A DNA stretch of 62,185 bases from the sequence record DRR723986_15179, one strand, 5' to 3'. Every line of letters begins with the position of its first letter. The stretch's first letter is position 1. Position numbers and translations under genes: made by a program. The notes below the pieces were generated by a model. That model did no database searches. It was not told where the DNA came from and was given only the letters and a program-made list of their open reading frames with translations. Positions 29,834-38,855 of this stretch are shown piece after piece.

Positions 29834-32737
29834 ATGAAAAATCAATCTACTAATCCACTCATGAAGGGATTTCTGATTTTAGTTCTGCTTGTGCTTTCTC
29901 AAGTATTTGCAGGATTTGTTTTTGCCCAAAACGGTACCATTCGTGGCGCTGTCTTCGAAGAAGGTACAGGCGAACCTCTATTTGGTGTCTCTGTTTTAGT
30001 AAAAGAAACATCTACAGGAGCTGTAACAGATTTCGATGGTAAATTCGAAATTAAAGTTGCTCCAGGGTCTTACACTCTTCAGATCTCTTACATCTCCTAT
30101 TCTTCTATCAACTTGACAGAAGTAGTAGTAAAAGCAGGAGAAGTAAACGTAATCAATGATCTGATGATGGCTGAAGAAGCATCAGACCTCGAGACCGTGA
30201 CTGTCTCTGCCTCTGCAATCAGAACTACCGAATCAGCTTTACTTTCTGTAAAACGAAATGCTGCTAACCTCCTTGATGGTATTTCTGCCAGCACTTTTCG
30301 TCAAATCGGTGATGGCGATGCTGCTTCTGCAGTAAAACGAGTGACAGGTGTATCTATCGAAGGTGGTAAATATATCTATGTAAGAGGGCTTGGCGACAGA
30401 TATACCAAAACTGTTTTGAATGGCGTGGATATTCCAGGCCTTGATCCTGATAGAAATACAATCCAAATGGATATATTTCCTACCAATGTGATCGATAACA
30501 TTATCGTTTCTAAATCTTTTACAGCTGATCTTCCTGCGGATTTTACAGGTGGTGTTGTAGATATAGAAACAAAAGATTTTCCTGAGGAAAAAACGATGCG
30601 ATTGAGTTTGAGTGGTGGTATCAATCCATCCATGCACTTCAACTCAAATTATTTGAAATACGATGGTGGCAACACTGACTTTTTAGGATTTGATGATGGC
30701 ACAAGAGCTATTCCTACAGACGGAAGAACAGACATCCCTCAATATGGTGATGCAGTAGGTAATCCAAATGGTCCAAAAGGTATGGAGTACCAAGAGATTC
30801 TTGGAAACTTCAACAAAACACTGGGTGGCTACAGAGCTAATAGCTTGATGGATGTTGGAGTTAGCTTTTCCCTTGGAAATCAATTTACAAGATCAAAAGC
30901 CACTTGGGGTTACAATTTTGCTTTGACCTATAAGAATGAGACGGAGTTCTATCAGGATGCAGAGTACAACTTGTATGCTAAGCCTAGAGAGGCTGATCAG
31001 ACGGAGCTTGAGCCTTTGGAAAGACAGCGTGGAGACTTTGGTGTAAACAATGTATTGCTTGGCGGACTTGCGGGTATTGCCTTGAAGACTGACAATTCAA
31101 AATTCAAGTTGAATTTAATGCATTTGCAAAATGGAGAGTCTAAGGCAGCTGATTTTGCTTTTATCAATACCAACCTAGGTGCGAACTTTGAAGCTAGACA
31201 ATATAACTTAGAGTATAGCCAAAGAGGATTAACTAGCATTTTGCTAGCGGGTACACATTACATCAATGGAAATGATTGGGAGCTTAATTGGAAACTAGCT
31301 CCAACAAGATCTACTATTTCTGATCCAGACATTAGATTTACAAGATTTAGAGAGCCTACCAATACTGTATCCACTGAAGTAGGACTTCCTGCTAGAATCT
31401 GGAGAGATCTAGAAGAATATAGCATTGTTGCAAAAGGGGATATCGCTAAAAGACTGACACTTTTCTCTAGAGAAGGTAAAGTTAAATTTGGTGGTAATTA
31501 TGTCTTCAAACAGCGTGATTTCAACATTCAAAGCTTCCAGTTTGCTACAGGAAATACAGAGTTTACAGGCGATCCAAATGAGATTTTGCTTGAAGAGAAT
31601 CTTTTCTCTGCAGACAATAGAAATGGGGTAAGGTACAATGCGGACTTTATTCCGATTAATGCGAACGCCTACAATTCCATCGCTACTAATATGGGCGGCT
31701 ATGTGTCAGTGGAGGCAAATCCAGCAGATAAATTAAAAGCTATCGTAGGATTAAGAGTTGAGAAATACAATCAGTACTATACTGGTACTAACCAGACTGG
31801 AACAATCAATTATGATTTGGTAGAAGTACTTGATGATATGGATTTCTTTCCAACTGTCAACTTGATTTTCAACTTGAAAGAAAATCAAAACCTACGTGCT
31901 TCAGCATCTAGAACCATCGCAAGACCTTCTTTCAAAGAACTGTCTTATGCGGAAATTCTTGACCCAATCACAGGTAGAACTTTTATTGGTGGTCTATATC
32001 CTGAAACTACCAATGGGGAAACAGAAGTCCTTTGGGATGGTAATTTGGTTTCTACTCATGTGAATAACTTTGATTTGAGATGGGAAGCTTTCCAGGAAAG
32101 AGGTCAAATGCTTTCAGTAAGTGCCTTCTACAAAACCTTTGAAAAGCCTATTGAAATGGTTCAGTTCCTAGCTGATCCTGGAACTTTCCAGCCTAGAAAC
32201 GTAGGTAACGGTACTGTTGCAGGTTTAGAATTTGAATTCAGAAAATCTCTGAAATTCATTGCTCCTACCTTTGAAAATTTCTCTTGGAATACGAACGTTA
32301 CGGTAACTAAATCTCAAATAAAAATGTCTGAATCTGAATTCAGATCAAGATCATTGACAGCTAGAGAAGGTCAGGTAATTGAGGATACACGTGACATGGC
32401 CGGACAGGCACCTTACTTGATCAACACAGGCTTAAGCTATAACTCGTTCACTACTGGTTGGGAAGCTGGTGTTTTCTATAATGTTCAAGGATCTTCCCTT
32501 CAATATGTTGGATTTGGTAACAGAACAGATACATACTCTGTACCATTCAATAGCTTGAATTTAAACATCAATAAGACTTTTGGGGCAGATGAGCGACTGC
32601 AAGCTGGTTTTGGGGTGCAAAATATTCTGAACTCAAAGAGAGAGTATGTTTATAAGTCATATGAGGCACAAGATCAGATTTTCAGCAGCCTTTCTCCAGG
32701 CACAAAAATCAACATGAGAGTTTCCTTCTCTTTCTAA
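29834..32737 (+). CDS. TonB-dependent receptor (non-SusC type, with CarboxypepD_reg-like N-domain)
   Basis: Plug segment DAASAVKRVTGVS...YVRGLGDRY, SRTIARPSFKEL, NFDLRWE, C-terminal Phe; start likely ATG 29834 or 29861 rather than TTG 29765, which lies inside the hairpin. Confidence 0.92.
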   Translation: MKNQSTNPLMKGFLILVLLVLSQVFAGFVFAQNGTIRGAVFEEGTGEPLFGVSVLVKETSTGAVTDFDGKFEIKVAPGSYTLQISYISYSSINLTEVVVKAGEVNVINDLMMAEEASDLETVTVSASAIRTTESALLSVKRNAANLLDGISASTFRQIGDGDAASAVKRVTGVSIEGGKYIYVRGLGDRYTKTVLNGVDIPGLDPDRNTIQMDIFPTNVIDNIIVSKSFTADLPADFTGGVVDIETKDFPEEKTMRLSLSGGINPSMHFNSNYLKYDGGNTDFLGFDDGTRAIPTDGRTDIPQYGDAVGNPNGPKGMEYQEILGNFNKTLGGYRANSLMDVGVSFSLGNQFTRSKATWGYNFALTYKNETEFYQDAEYNLYAKPREADQTELEPLERQRGDFGVNNVLLGGLAGIALKTDNSKFKLNLMHLQNGESKAADFAFINTNLGANFEARQYNLEYSQRGLTSILLAGTHYINGNDWELNWKLAPTRSTISDPDIRFTRFREPTNTVSTEVGLPARIWRDLEEYSIVAKGDIAKRLTLFSREGKVKFGGNYVFKQRDFNIQSFQFATGNTEFTGDPNEILLEENLFSADNRNGVRYNADFIPINANAYNSIATNMGGYVSVEANPADKLKAIVGLRVEKYNQYYTGTNQTGTINYDLVEVLDDMDFFPTVNLIFNLKENQNLRASASRTIARPSFKELSYAEILDPITGRTFIGGLYPETTNGETEVLWDGNLVSTHVNNFDLRWEAFQERGQMLSVSAFYKTFEKPIEMVQFLADPGTFQPRNVGNGTVAGLEFEFRKSLKFIAPTFENFSWNTNVTVTKSQIKMSESEFRSRSLTAREGQVIEDTRDMAGQAPYLINTGLSYNSFTTGWEAGVFYNVQGSSLQYVGFGNRTDTYSVPFNSLNLNINKTFGADERLQAGFGVQNILNSKREYVYKSYEAQDQIFSSLSPGTKINMRVSFSF

Positions 32738-32757
32738 TATTCCAACTATCACAATTG

Positions 32758-32786
32758 AAAAAGGCTCCTTTAAGGAGCCTTTTTTT
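32758..32786. terminator. Bidirectional intrinsic terminator
   Basis: AAAAAGGCTCCT-tta-AGGAGCCTTTTT between convergent genes. Confidence 0.85.
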
Positions 32787-33273
32787 ATGTCAATTTATTG
32801 ATGATTTCGAAAGATTCTGGGAATTGTTGGAGAAGTGCCTTGGCCTCGAAGAGTTCAAAATCTGCAAAATCAAAACCAGGCGAAACGACGCATGAAACTA
32901 ATGCGTAACTGTCAGGCTCGTCCACTGTGCTACCAAAGATGGTATGAGCTTTTACTAAATGCTGAGGAGAAGTAATTGCCGTACTTGATGGATATCCAAG
33001 CGAAAGCTGCTTATGACCAAGTTCACTTAAGGTGTGAACTGTCAAATTGCTTCCTTCATGGAAGAACCAAAGCTCATCACTTTTGATACGATGGAATTTG
33101 GACACATTCTCTGAGGTAAGTAGAAAGTAGATGGCTGTTATTAGGTTTCTATTCCCGGCACTTGTTTTAATGTTTGCTTCAGATCGATAAGTCTCTGAAT
33201 AGAACCCTCCTTCTGGATGAGGCAGTAGGTTCAATTTTTCTACCAAAAAAGCTAATCTGTTCTGCACCTCCAT
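32785..33273 (-). CDS. Cupin_5 / DUF985 family protein
   Basis: LLPHPEGGFYSETYRS, TAIYFLL, FHRIKSDELW, CVVSPGFDFADF. Confidence 0.92.
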   Translation of the reverse strand: MEVQNRLAFLVEKLNLLPHPEGGFYSETYRSEANIKTSAGNRNLITAIYFLLTSENVSKFHRIKSDELWFFHEGSNLTVHTLSELGHKQLSLGYPSSTAITSPQHLVKAHTIFGSTVDEPDSYALVSCVVSPGFDFADFELFEAKALLQQFPESFEIINKLT

Positions 33274-33274
33274 A

Positions 33275-34375
33275 TCAAGCTGCGGAATAGGAATCTAGTA
33301 ATATAGCTACTATTCGCTCTGCTGTTTTTCCATCCCAAAGCGGAATTCCTTGGTATTGCTTCCATTCTCCCTGCATTATTTTTTCCAAGTAAGGTTTAAG
33401 CTTAGCTGGATCAGTCCCTACAAGTTCATTGGTGCCAAGGTGGATGGTTTCAGCACGTTCAGTATTGTCTCTGAGAGTAATACAAGGCACATTCATGACA
33501 GAAGCTTCTTCAGTAATTCCTCCAGAATCGGTGATTACACCTTTCGCATTTTTTACCAGATAGTTGAATTCCAAATATCCTAAAGGTTCACACATATGAA
33601 GGTGCGGTGCATCGATACCAATTGTTTGTAAGTTCTTGGCGGTGCGTGGATGCACTGGAAAAATGATTGGTAATCCTTTTGTGCCTTCCAGAATCGCATC
33701 TATCATGGCTTTTAGTTTTTGCTCTTGATCCACATTTGCAGGACGGTGCATGGTCATCACAAAGTATTGGCCAGGTTCCAAGCTTTCGAAAATCTCACCT
33801 TCCGGCTTTTGGAATCTAGGCATCTGCGCCATCAATGTATCTATCATCGTATTGCCTACGTAATGGATTTTTTCTTCAGAAAAACCACTATTTCTAAGAT
33901 TGCTATTTGCTATCTCAGAGGTGGTGAAAAAATGATCGGTAATACTATCTGTGACCATTCTGTTGATTTCCTCGGGCATGGTTAAATCGCCAGAGCGTAT
34001 TCCTCCTTCTACATGAGCTACATCTATTTGGAGTTTTTTGGCAGTAATAGAGCAGGCAAGTGTGCTGGTGACATCTCCTACAACTAGTACAAGGTCTGGG
34101 CGATTTTCAAGAAGTTCTTTTTCAAATGCGACCATAATTGCGGCTGTTTGTTCAGCTTGAGTTCCACCTCCTCCTCCAAGATTTGCGTTAGGCTCGGGGA
34201 TATTCAGTTGATCAAAAAAGTCACCCGACATCTTTTTATCATAATGCTGTCCAGTATGAACCAATCGGAAATTGATATCAATGCCTTCCTGTTGCTTTTT
34301 GATAAATTGGTGAATGATAGGCGCAATTTTCACAAAATTGGGTCGCGCACCTGCGACTATGGTAAAAGTAGCCAT
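33275..34375 (-). CDS. wecB: UDP-N-acetylglucosamine 2-epimerase (non-hydrolysing)
   Basis: GARPNFVK, HTGQHYD, GDVTST, HVEGGIRS, PEEINR, TDSGGITEE. Confidence 0.95.
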   Translation of the reverse strand: MATFTIVAGARPNFVKIAPIIHQFIKKQQEGIDINFRLVHTGQHYDKKMSGDFFDQLNIPEPNANLGGGGGTQAEQTAAIMVAFEKELLENRPDLVLVVGDVTSTLACSITAKKLQIDVAHVEGGIRSGDLTMPEEINRMVTDSITDHFFTTSEIANSNLRNSGFSEEKIHYVGNTMIDTLMAQMPRFQKPEGEIFESLEPGQYFVMTMHRPANVDQEQKLKAMIDAILEGTKGLPIIFPVHPRTAKNLQTIGIDAPHLHMCEPLGYLEFNYLVKNAKGVITDSGGITEEASVMNVPCITLRDNTERAETIHLGTNELVGTDPAKLKPYLEKIMQGEWKQYQGIPLWDGKTAERIVAILLDSYSAA

Positions 34376-34395
34376 CTCATATTTTTTTTTGTAGC

Positions 34396-34403
34396 CAAAA
34401 ATA
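34396..34403 (-). promoter_or_regulatory. Bacteroidota -7 promoter element (TATTTTTG) for wecB
   Basis: caaaaata on + strand, 20 nt upstream of the wecB ATG. Confidence 0.55.
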
Positions 34404-34503
34404 GTAAAACCTTTTGGAGACCTGAGCTAAAATTACCCTTCTTTTGGTAAGTCTCATTTGGCTCCTTTTTTGTTTCTTTGCAAGGTTCTATTTTCTTAAC
34501 TAA

Positions 34504-35178
34504 TTGAATTTGATGGATTATTATAAATGGTCAAAAGCAGTGAAGATACTTCTACTTCTTATGACTTTAGGGTTTGTTTCCTCTTGTACTGAAACATTGG
34601 AGTCAGAGCAAGTGGTCTATTCCAATGATTTTTCAAATCTAGATTTGGCAGGATTTGAAAACGGTAGGTTTTTAATTTTTGAAAATGACACAGTAGTCGG
34701 CTATTACCATAATGAAGAAATTGCAGTTAATTTGTCTGGTCTTCCATCCCACAATCTGTTAAAAGTTACGCTTGAGATTTTGGTTCATGATTCCTGGGAT
34801 GGAAATGCTTCAGATAATGGAAATGGTCCAGATCAATGGTTTTTTGGGGTAGATGATGAGGAGGTTTTTAGAACTACATTCTCCAATACGCCTTGTGAAT
34901 CCACCTATTGCCTTTACCAATCTTATCCAGATCATTTCTTCAAACAAAATAGACCTAAAACAGGAGCAATTCAGACGAATATGCCTGGTCTTTGTCTTTT
35001 TGGCGCATTTCCGAATTATACGACCAGATATAGTATTTCCAAGATTATTGAACATAGTAATCCCAATTCCAGAGTTTATATGAATTCGGAATTAGTGGCG
35101 GATAATGCAACAGACCCTTTGTGTGATGAATCTTGGTCTTTAGCTAAAATTACTATTGAAGCCCTTACCTTGAAATGA
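34504..35178 (+). CDS. Hypothetical lipoprotein
   Basis: Lipobox VSSC; IHDSWDGN-like motif (VHDSWDGN); four Cys in the mature part; true start may be ATG 34513. Confidence 0.75.
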   Translation: MNLMDYYKWSKAVKILLLLMTLGFVSSCTETLESEQVVYSNDFSNLDLAGFENGRFLIFENDTVVGYYHNEEIAVNLSGLPSHNLLKVTLEILVHDSWDGNASDNGNGPDQWFFGVDDEEVFRTTFSNTPCESTYCLYQSYPDHFFKQNRPKTGAIQTNMPGLCLFGAFPNYTTRYSISKIIEHSNPNSRVYMNSELVADNATDPLCDESWSLAKITIEALTLK

Positions 35179-36884
35179 TGATGAAGACAGGGAAAATTTT
35201 GGATAGTTTTTTTGGGACATTAGTGCTATTCCTTTTGCTCAATAATTCTTCTTTCGCGCAGACTGTACCAGTAGGCACGCCAGTATTGGATGATTATTTA
35301 AGAAGAGCGCAACTATTGGGAGATGTGGACTCCGCATCTTCTTTTATGATCAGACCACTCTATCCCACTGAGGCCTTCGGGATTAAATATGGCTTTGACC
35401 TCGATAGCTCTGTGGTTGATTTGGATGTCTCCAAGGTCAACAAAGTTTTTGGAAAGAATAATCAAGGCAAGTTTTTACTTCTGCCTGCAACTGCTAAGTT
35501 TCAGTATAATTCGACATATGCCTTCGGAGTGAATGATGGCGCTTTTATTCCAAATCGAGGAATTCAAAGTATACTTAGTGTCGGCGCTTATTTAGAATAT
35601 GGACCGTTAAGCCTACAATTTCAACCGGAAATGTTAATGGCTCAAAACAAGGATTACAAGGGCTTTCCAATCGAGCATCAAGCAACTGTTTTATTCTATT
35701 ATGAATATATGAACAGAATAGATATGCCAGAGCGATTTGGAGAGAATGCCTACAATCGTGCCTATTTAGGTCAGTCTAGTCTTCGCTTTAATTTTGATGA
35801 GTATTCAATAGGCATTTCCTCCGAGAATCTTTGGTGGGGGCCTGGTAGACGAAACTCGCTTTTACTTGGAAATAATGCCCCAGGATTTGTCCACTTCACG
35901 GCTAACACCCGAAAACCAGTAAAGACAAAAATTGGATCATTTGAAGGGCAGATGATTGGTGGATTCTTGAGATCTTCAGGTTACTTGCCTCCATTGTCTG
36001 ATTATAGAATTCAGGAAAACCCAGTTTTAATTCCTAAACCAGAGGATAATAAGCGTTTCTTGTCAGGAATCGTATTGACTTATCAGCCAAAGTGGGTTCC
36101 TGGATTATTTTTGGGCTACGGGTCAACAAATCAAATGTACAGAAGTGATATTTCTGATCTAGGAGATATACTTCCGGTATTTAATGGCAGGAAAAAAGCG
36201 CAGAATATTGTAGATCCTACTCAAGAAAAGAGACAGCAATTTAGCTCAGGGTTTTTCAGATGGCTAAGTCCAGAAGGTCACTTCGAATTCTATGGTGAGT
36301 ATGGGACCCGGGATAATGATCGCAAAATGAGCGATTTCATGATAACTCCTGAATCTGGCAGAGCCTTCACTTTTGGGTTTTCGCACTTGATGAGTTTGAA
36401 AAAACCTGGTCATTTTTTCCAGATTAGTTCTGAGATGACTCAGACGGGACAAACTATCAGAGAAGATATCAGAGCGCTTAAAACATGGTATATACACGAT
36501 CATGTTGTAGAAGGCTATACTCAAAATGGTCAGGTGTTAGGAGCAGGAAATGGTCCTGGCAGTAATGTGATATTCGTTGAGTTTGCTTGGGTTAATAAAA
36601 TGAATAGAATTGGCTTCCAAATGGAGCGAATTGTCTATAACAACGACTTTTATTACTACAGATATGAAGCTTCGAAAGACTGGCGAAACAAATATGTGGA
36701 TCTTGTCCCTTCTTTGATAGGTGACTGGAAGTTTGGTAGTGTTTTAGTAAATGCCCGACTGCAATATGTCAATACCTTGAATTACAAATGGTATCTGGAA
36801 AATAGCCCAGATCAGTATTTTGTGCCTGGTTATGATAGGAAAAACTTCGTAGGTCAAATCGGAGTTGCTTATCTATTTAGATAG
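35175..36884 (+). CDS. Capsule assembly Wzi-like outer-membrane beta-barrel protein
   Basis: ISSENLWWGPGRRNSLLLGNNAPGF motif typical of Bacteroidota Wzi-family proteins; aromatic C-terminus. Confidence 0.8.
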   Translation: MMMKTGKILDSFFGTLVLFLLLNNSSFAQTVPVGTPVLDDYLRRAQLLGDVDSASSFMIRPLYPTEAFGIKYGFDLDSSVVDLDVSKVNKVFGKNNQGKFLLLPATAKFQYNSTYAFGVNDGAFIPNRGIQSILSVGAYLEYGPLSLQFQPEMLMAQNKDYKGFPIEHQATVLFYYEYMNRIDMPERFGENAYNRAYLGQSSLRFNFDEYSIGISSENLWWGPGRRNSLLLGNNAPGFVHFTANTRKPVKTKIGSFEGQMIGGFLRSSGYLPPLSDYRIQENPVLIPKPEDNKRFLSGIVLTYQPKWVPGLFLGYGSTNQMYRSDISDLGDILPVFNGRKKAQNIVDPTQEKRQQFSSGFFRWLSPEGHFEFYGEYGTRDNDRKMSDFMITPESGRAFTFGFSHLMSLKKPGHFFQISSEMTQTGQTIREDIRALKTWYIHDHVVEGYTQNGQVLGAGNGPGSNVIFVEFAWVNKMNRIGFQMERIVYNNDFYYYRYEASKDWRNKYVDLVPSLIGDWKFGSVLVNARLQYVNTLNYKWYLENSPDQYFVPGYDRKNFVGQIGVAYLFR

Positions 36885-36992
36885 GGTTTTCATTCAAAAG
36901 CTATAAAATCTAGCTTGAGGATGGCATCAGAAAGTTTGATAATTATCCATGAGGCGAGATTCCATTTCTCATCAAAAAACAATTAAATACAC

Positions 36993-37508
36993 ATGAAAGT
37001 AGAGAAGAATAAAGTGGTAGCAGTTTGCTATGATCTCAAAGTGGATGATGGAGAGACGGGCATGGTTCCGTATGAAACTGTCCCAGAAGACAAGCCATTT
37101 TACTTTTTGTTTAATGCCGGTGAAGTTTTTCCAAAGTTCGAGGATGCCTTGCTAGGGAAGTCGGCTGGAGACACATTCACAGCTGATCTTAGCTTTGAAG
37201 AAGCCTATGGGGATTATATGGAGGAGAAAAAAACCATAATTCCAAAAGCTAATTTCAAGGAAAAAGGAAAGACAAATAAGAACCTACTGCGCATAGGCAA
37301 TGTAATTCCTATGCAGGATAATAAGGGTGGACAGATCAGAGGAGAGATTACGAAGATTGATTATAAAGGTGTCCATATGGATTTCAATCCGCCACTAGCA
37401 GGATACGATTTGTCTTTTGAAGGTAAAATCATCTCGGTACGGGATGCCTTACCAGAAGAACTCGAACATGGACATGCTCATGGTCCAGATGGTCATCATC
37501 ATCACTAA
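36993..37508 (+). CDS. slyD: FKBP-type peptidyl-prolyl isomerase, SlyD-like
   Basis: NKVVAVCYDL, FEDALLG, EEAYG, DFNPPLAG; His-rich tail HGHAHGPDGHHHH. Confidence 0.88.
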   Translation: MKVEKNKVVAVCYDLKVDDGETGMVPYETVPEDKPFYFLFNAGEVFPKFEDALLGKSAGDTFTADLSFEEAYGDYMEEKKTIIPKANFKEKGKTNKNLLRIGNVIPMQDNKGGQIRGEITKIDYKGVHMDFNPPLAGYDLSFEGKIISVRDALPEELEHGHAHGPDGHHHH

Positions 37509-37519
37509 CCTAACTTAAT

Positions 37520-37550
37520 CAAATGCCCTGTTCATAGAATAGGGCATTTG
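37520..37550 (+). terminator. Stem-loop after slyD (weak U tract)
   Basis: CAAATGCCCTGTTC-ata-GAATAGGGCATTTG. Confidence 0.6.
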
Positions 37551-37610
37551 TCGTATAGGGAGCTTCAAAAAATGAGAATATTTTTGAAATAACAAACGAA
37601 CCTAACTCTT

Positions 37611-37685
37611 ATGACTGAGGATGTTATTATCGCTGTGATAAAAAAAGCTCTGCTGATTGGGTTCTTCGTAGCATTTATGGCTTAA
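37611..37685 (+). CDS. Candidate 24-aa hydrophobic micropeptide
   Basis: MTEDVIIAVIKKALLIGFFVAFMA*; TATTTTTG -7 element at 37579-37586; plus-strand terminator at 37762-37785. Confidence 0.35.
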   Translation: MTEDVIIAVIKKALLIGFFVAFMA

Positions 37686-37761
37686 CAAATACTAAAATAT
37701 TGGAGTAAGGTTTTTTTAACAGATTGTTTGGACGACAGGGGTGATTGGTCCAACAAATTTA

Positions 37762-37785
37762 GGCCTCCTTTAGGAGGCCATTTTT
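37762..37785 (+). terminator. Intrinsic terminator (possibly bidirectional)
   Basis: GGCCTCCT-tt-AGGAGGCC-ATTTTT. Confidence 0.7.
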
Positions 37786-38602
37786 AGTTTGATGCTAGCA
37801 AATTGGCTTGTTCTTCTGCTAATGCTTTGAGGCCTTCAATTCTCTCAGAATTGTAAAGTTTCAGTGCCTTATTTAATTGTGTGGAAGCCTTTTCAAAGCG
37901 TTGATCATTGAAATATGAGATCGCATCATTATAATATTGCAGTCCGGCTAATTCAGTCAAGTTGACTTTTCTAAAAATTGCATTATCAGAAAGATCTGCT
38001 TTCGGAGCTCCTAGTCTCTGGTTAAGAGACTTGAGCTGGGTTGAATCATCAGCTTTATACCCTTCTAAATAAGCAATAACCTCCGTTGGAGCTGTAATCA
38101 TCCCACCGATGGGCAATGTACTTTCCAAAATAATATCTTTCCCCTCGTGATTCACTACTATAAACACATGATAATCCGTTTCCACAACTTTGTATACAAA
38201 TCCATATCTTTCTAAGAGAAGAGCCAAAGCAGCAGAAGCGCTTACGCAATCATATTTTCCTTCTTCCAACATATCATTGAAAGTGGAATGTTGTTCGTAG
38301 GTTTTGAACAGCTGCTGATGAGATTTTTCAAAAATACTGCGGAGTACACTTAGGTGTGTGCCTTTTTTATTGAATTTTTTGTCCAGTTCAGACACCAGGC
38401 CATCCCACTTTTCGTCTGAAAGGGATCTCTCAGCTTGAACAGCTCTAAAAAGTAAATAGGGATTCTTTTGGCCTGCCTCCCATAACTCCTTCTCTGAATC
38501 GCTTTCAAAGCGTAAACCCTCAATTATTCCAATAGCATCTTGAGCCATGGCAAAAATGCCAATTGCAGATATTAGAATAAATGTGAGTATAACTTTTTTC
38601 AC
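37784..38602 (-). CDS. Exported protein with transglutaminase/papain-like core and C-terminal TPR-like helices
   Basis: Signal peptide from GTG 38602 (VKKVILTF...AMA/QD); YDCVSAS...ETDYHVF...ILEST (Cys-His-acid); YYNDAISYF...ALKLY. Confidence 0.6.
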   Translation of the reverse strand: MKKVILTFILISAIGIFAMAQDAIGIIEGLRFESDSEKELWEAGQKNPYLLFRAVQAERSLSDEKWDGLVSELDKKFNKKGTHLSVLRSIFEKSHQQLFKTYEQHSTFNDMLEEGKYDCVSASAALALLLERYGFVYKVVETDYHVFIVVNHEGKDIILESTLPIGGMITAPTEVIAYLEGYKADDSTQLKSLNQRLGAPKADLSDNAIFRKVNLTELAGLQYYNDAISYFNDQRFEKASTQLNKALKLYNSERIEGLKALAEEQANLLASN

Positions 38603-38617
38603 CTGGGATGAAGCTAA

Positions 38618-38697
38618 TGTTACTATTGTTACGGTCAATGTTAGGTAAAGTTAACAATTTGGTAACATTAAAACATATAACTATCCAAAACTTAACA
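38618..38697. promoter_or_regulatory. Cluster of TAACA/TGTTA boxes (about 11-bp period) upstream of the 38602 gene
   Basis: TGTTA at 38618, 38627 and 38639; GTTAAC at 38650; TAACA at 38652, 38663 and 38693. Confidence 0.45.
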
Positions 38698-38855
38698 TTG
38701 GAGTAATTTTAGGGGTAAGTCTTCAGCCTCAGTGACAGCAGCCAAAACAATATTTTATGATGGTTAACTAACGCTAGACCGCTTGGTGCCTATAGTAAAT
38801 TCACTTGAACCGTAATGAAGGCTACTTAATACCGCACAATGCGGCTTAATCCTAC

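Noticed and set aside
38798-38811. ATTCACTTGAACC resembles a segment of enterobacterial 6S RNA
   Set aside because: The complementary GGTTCAAG arm is absent and the context is not the usual ssrS neighbourhood; likely chance
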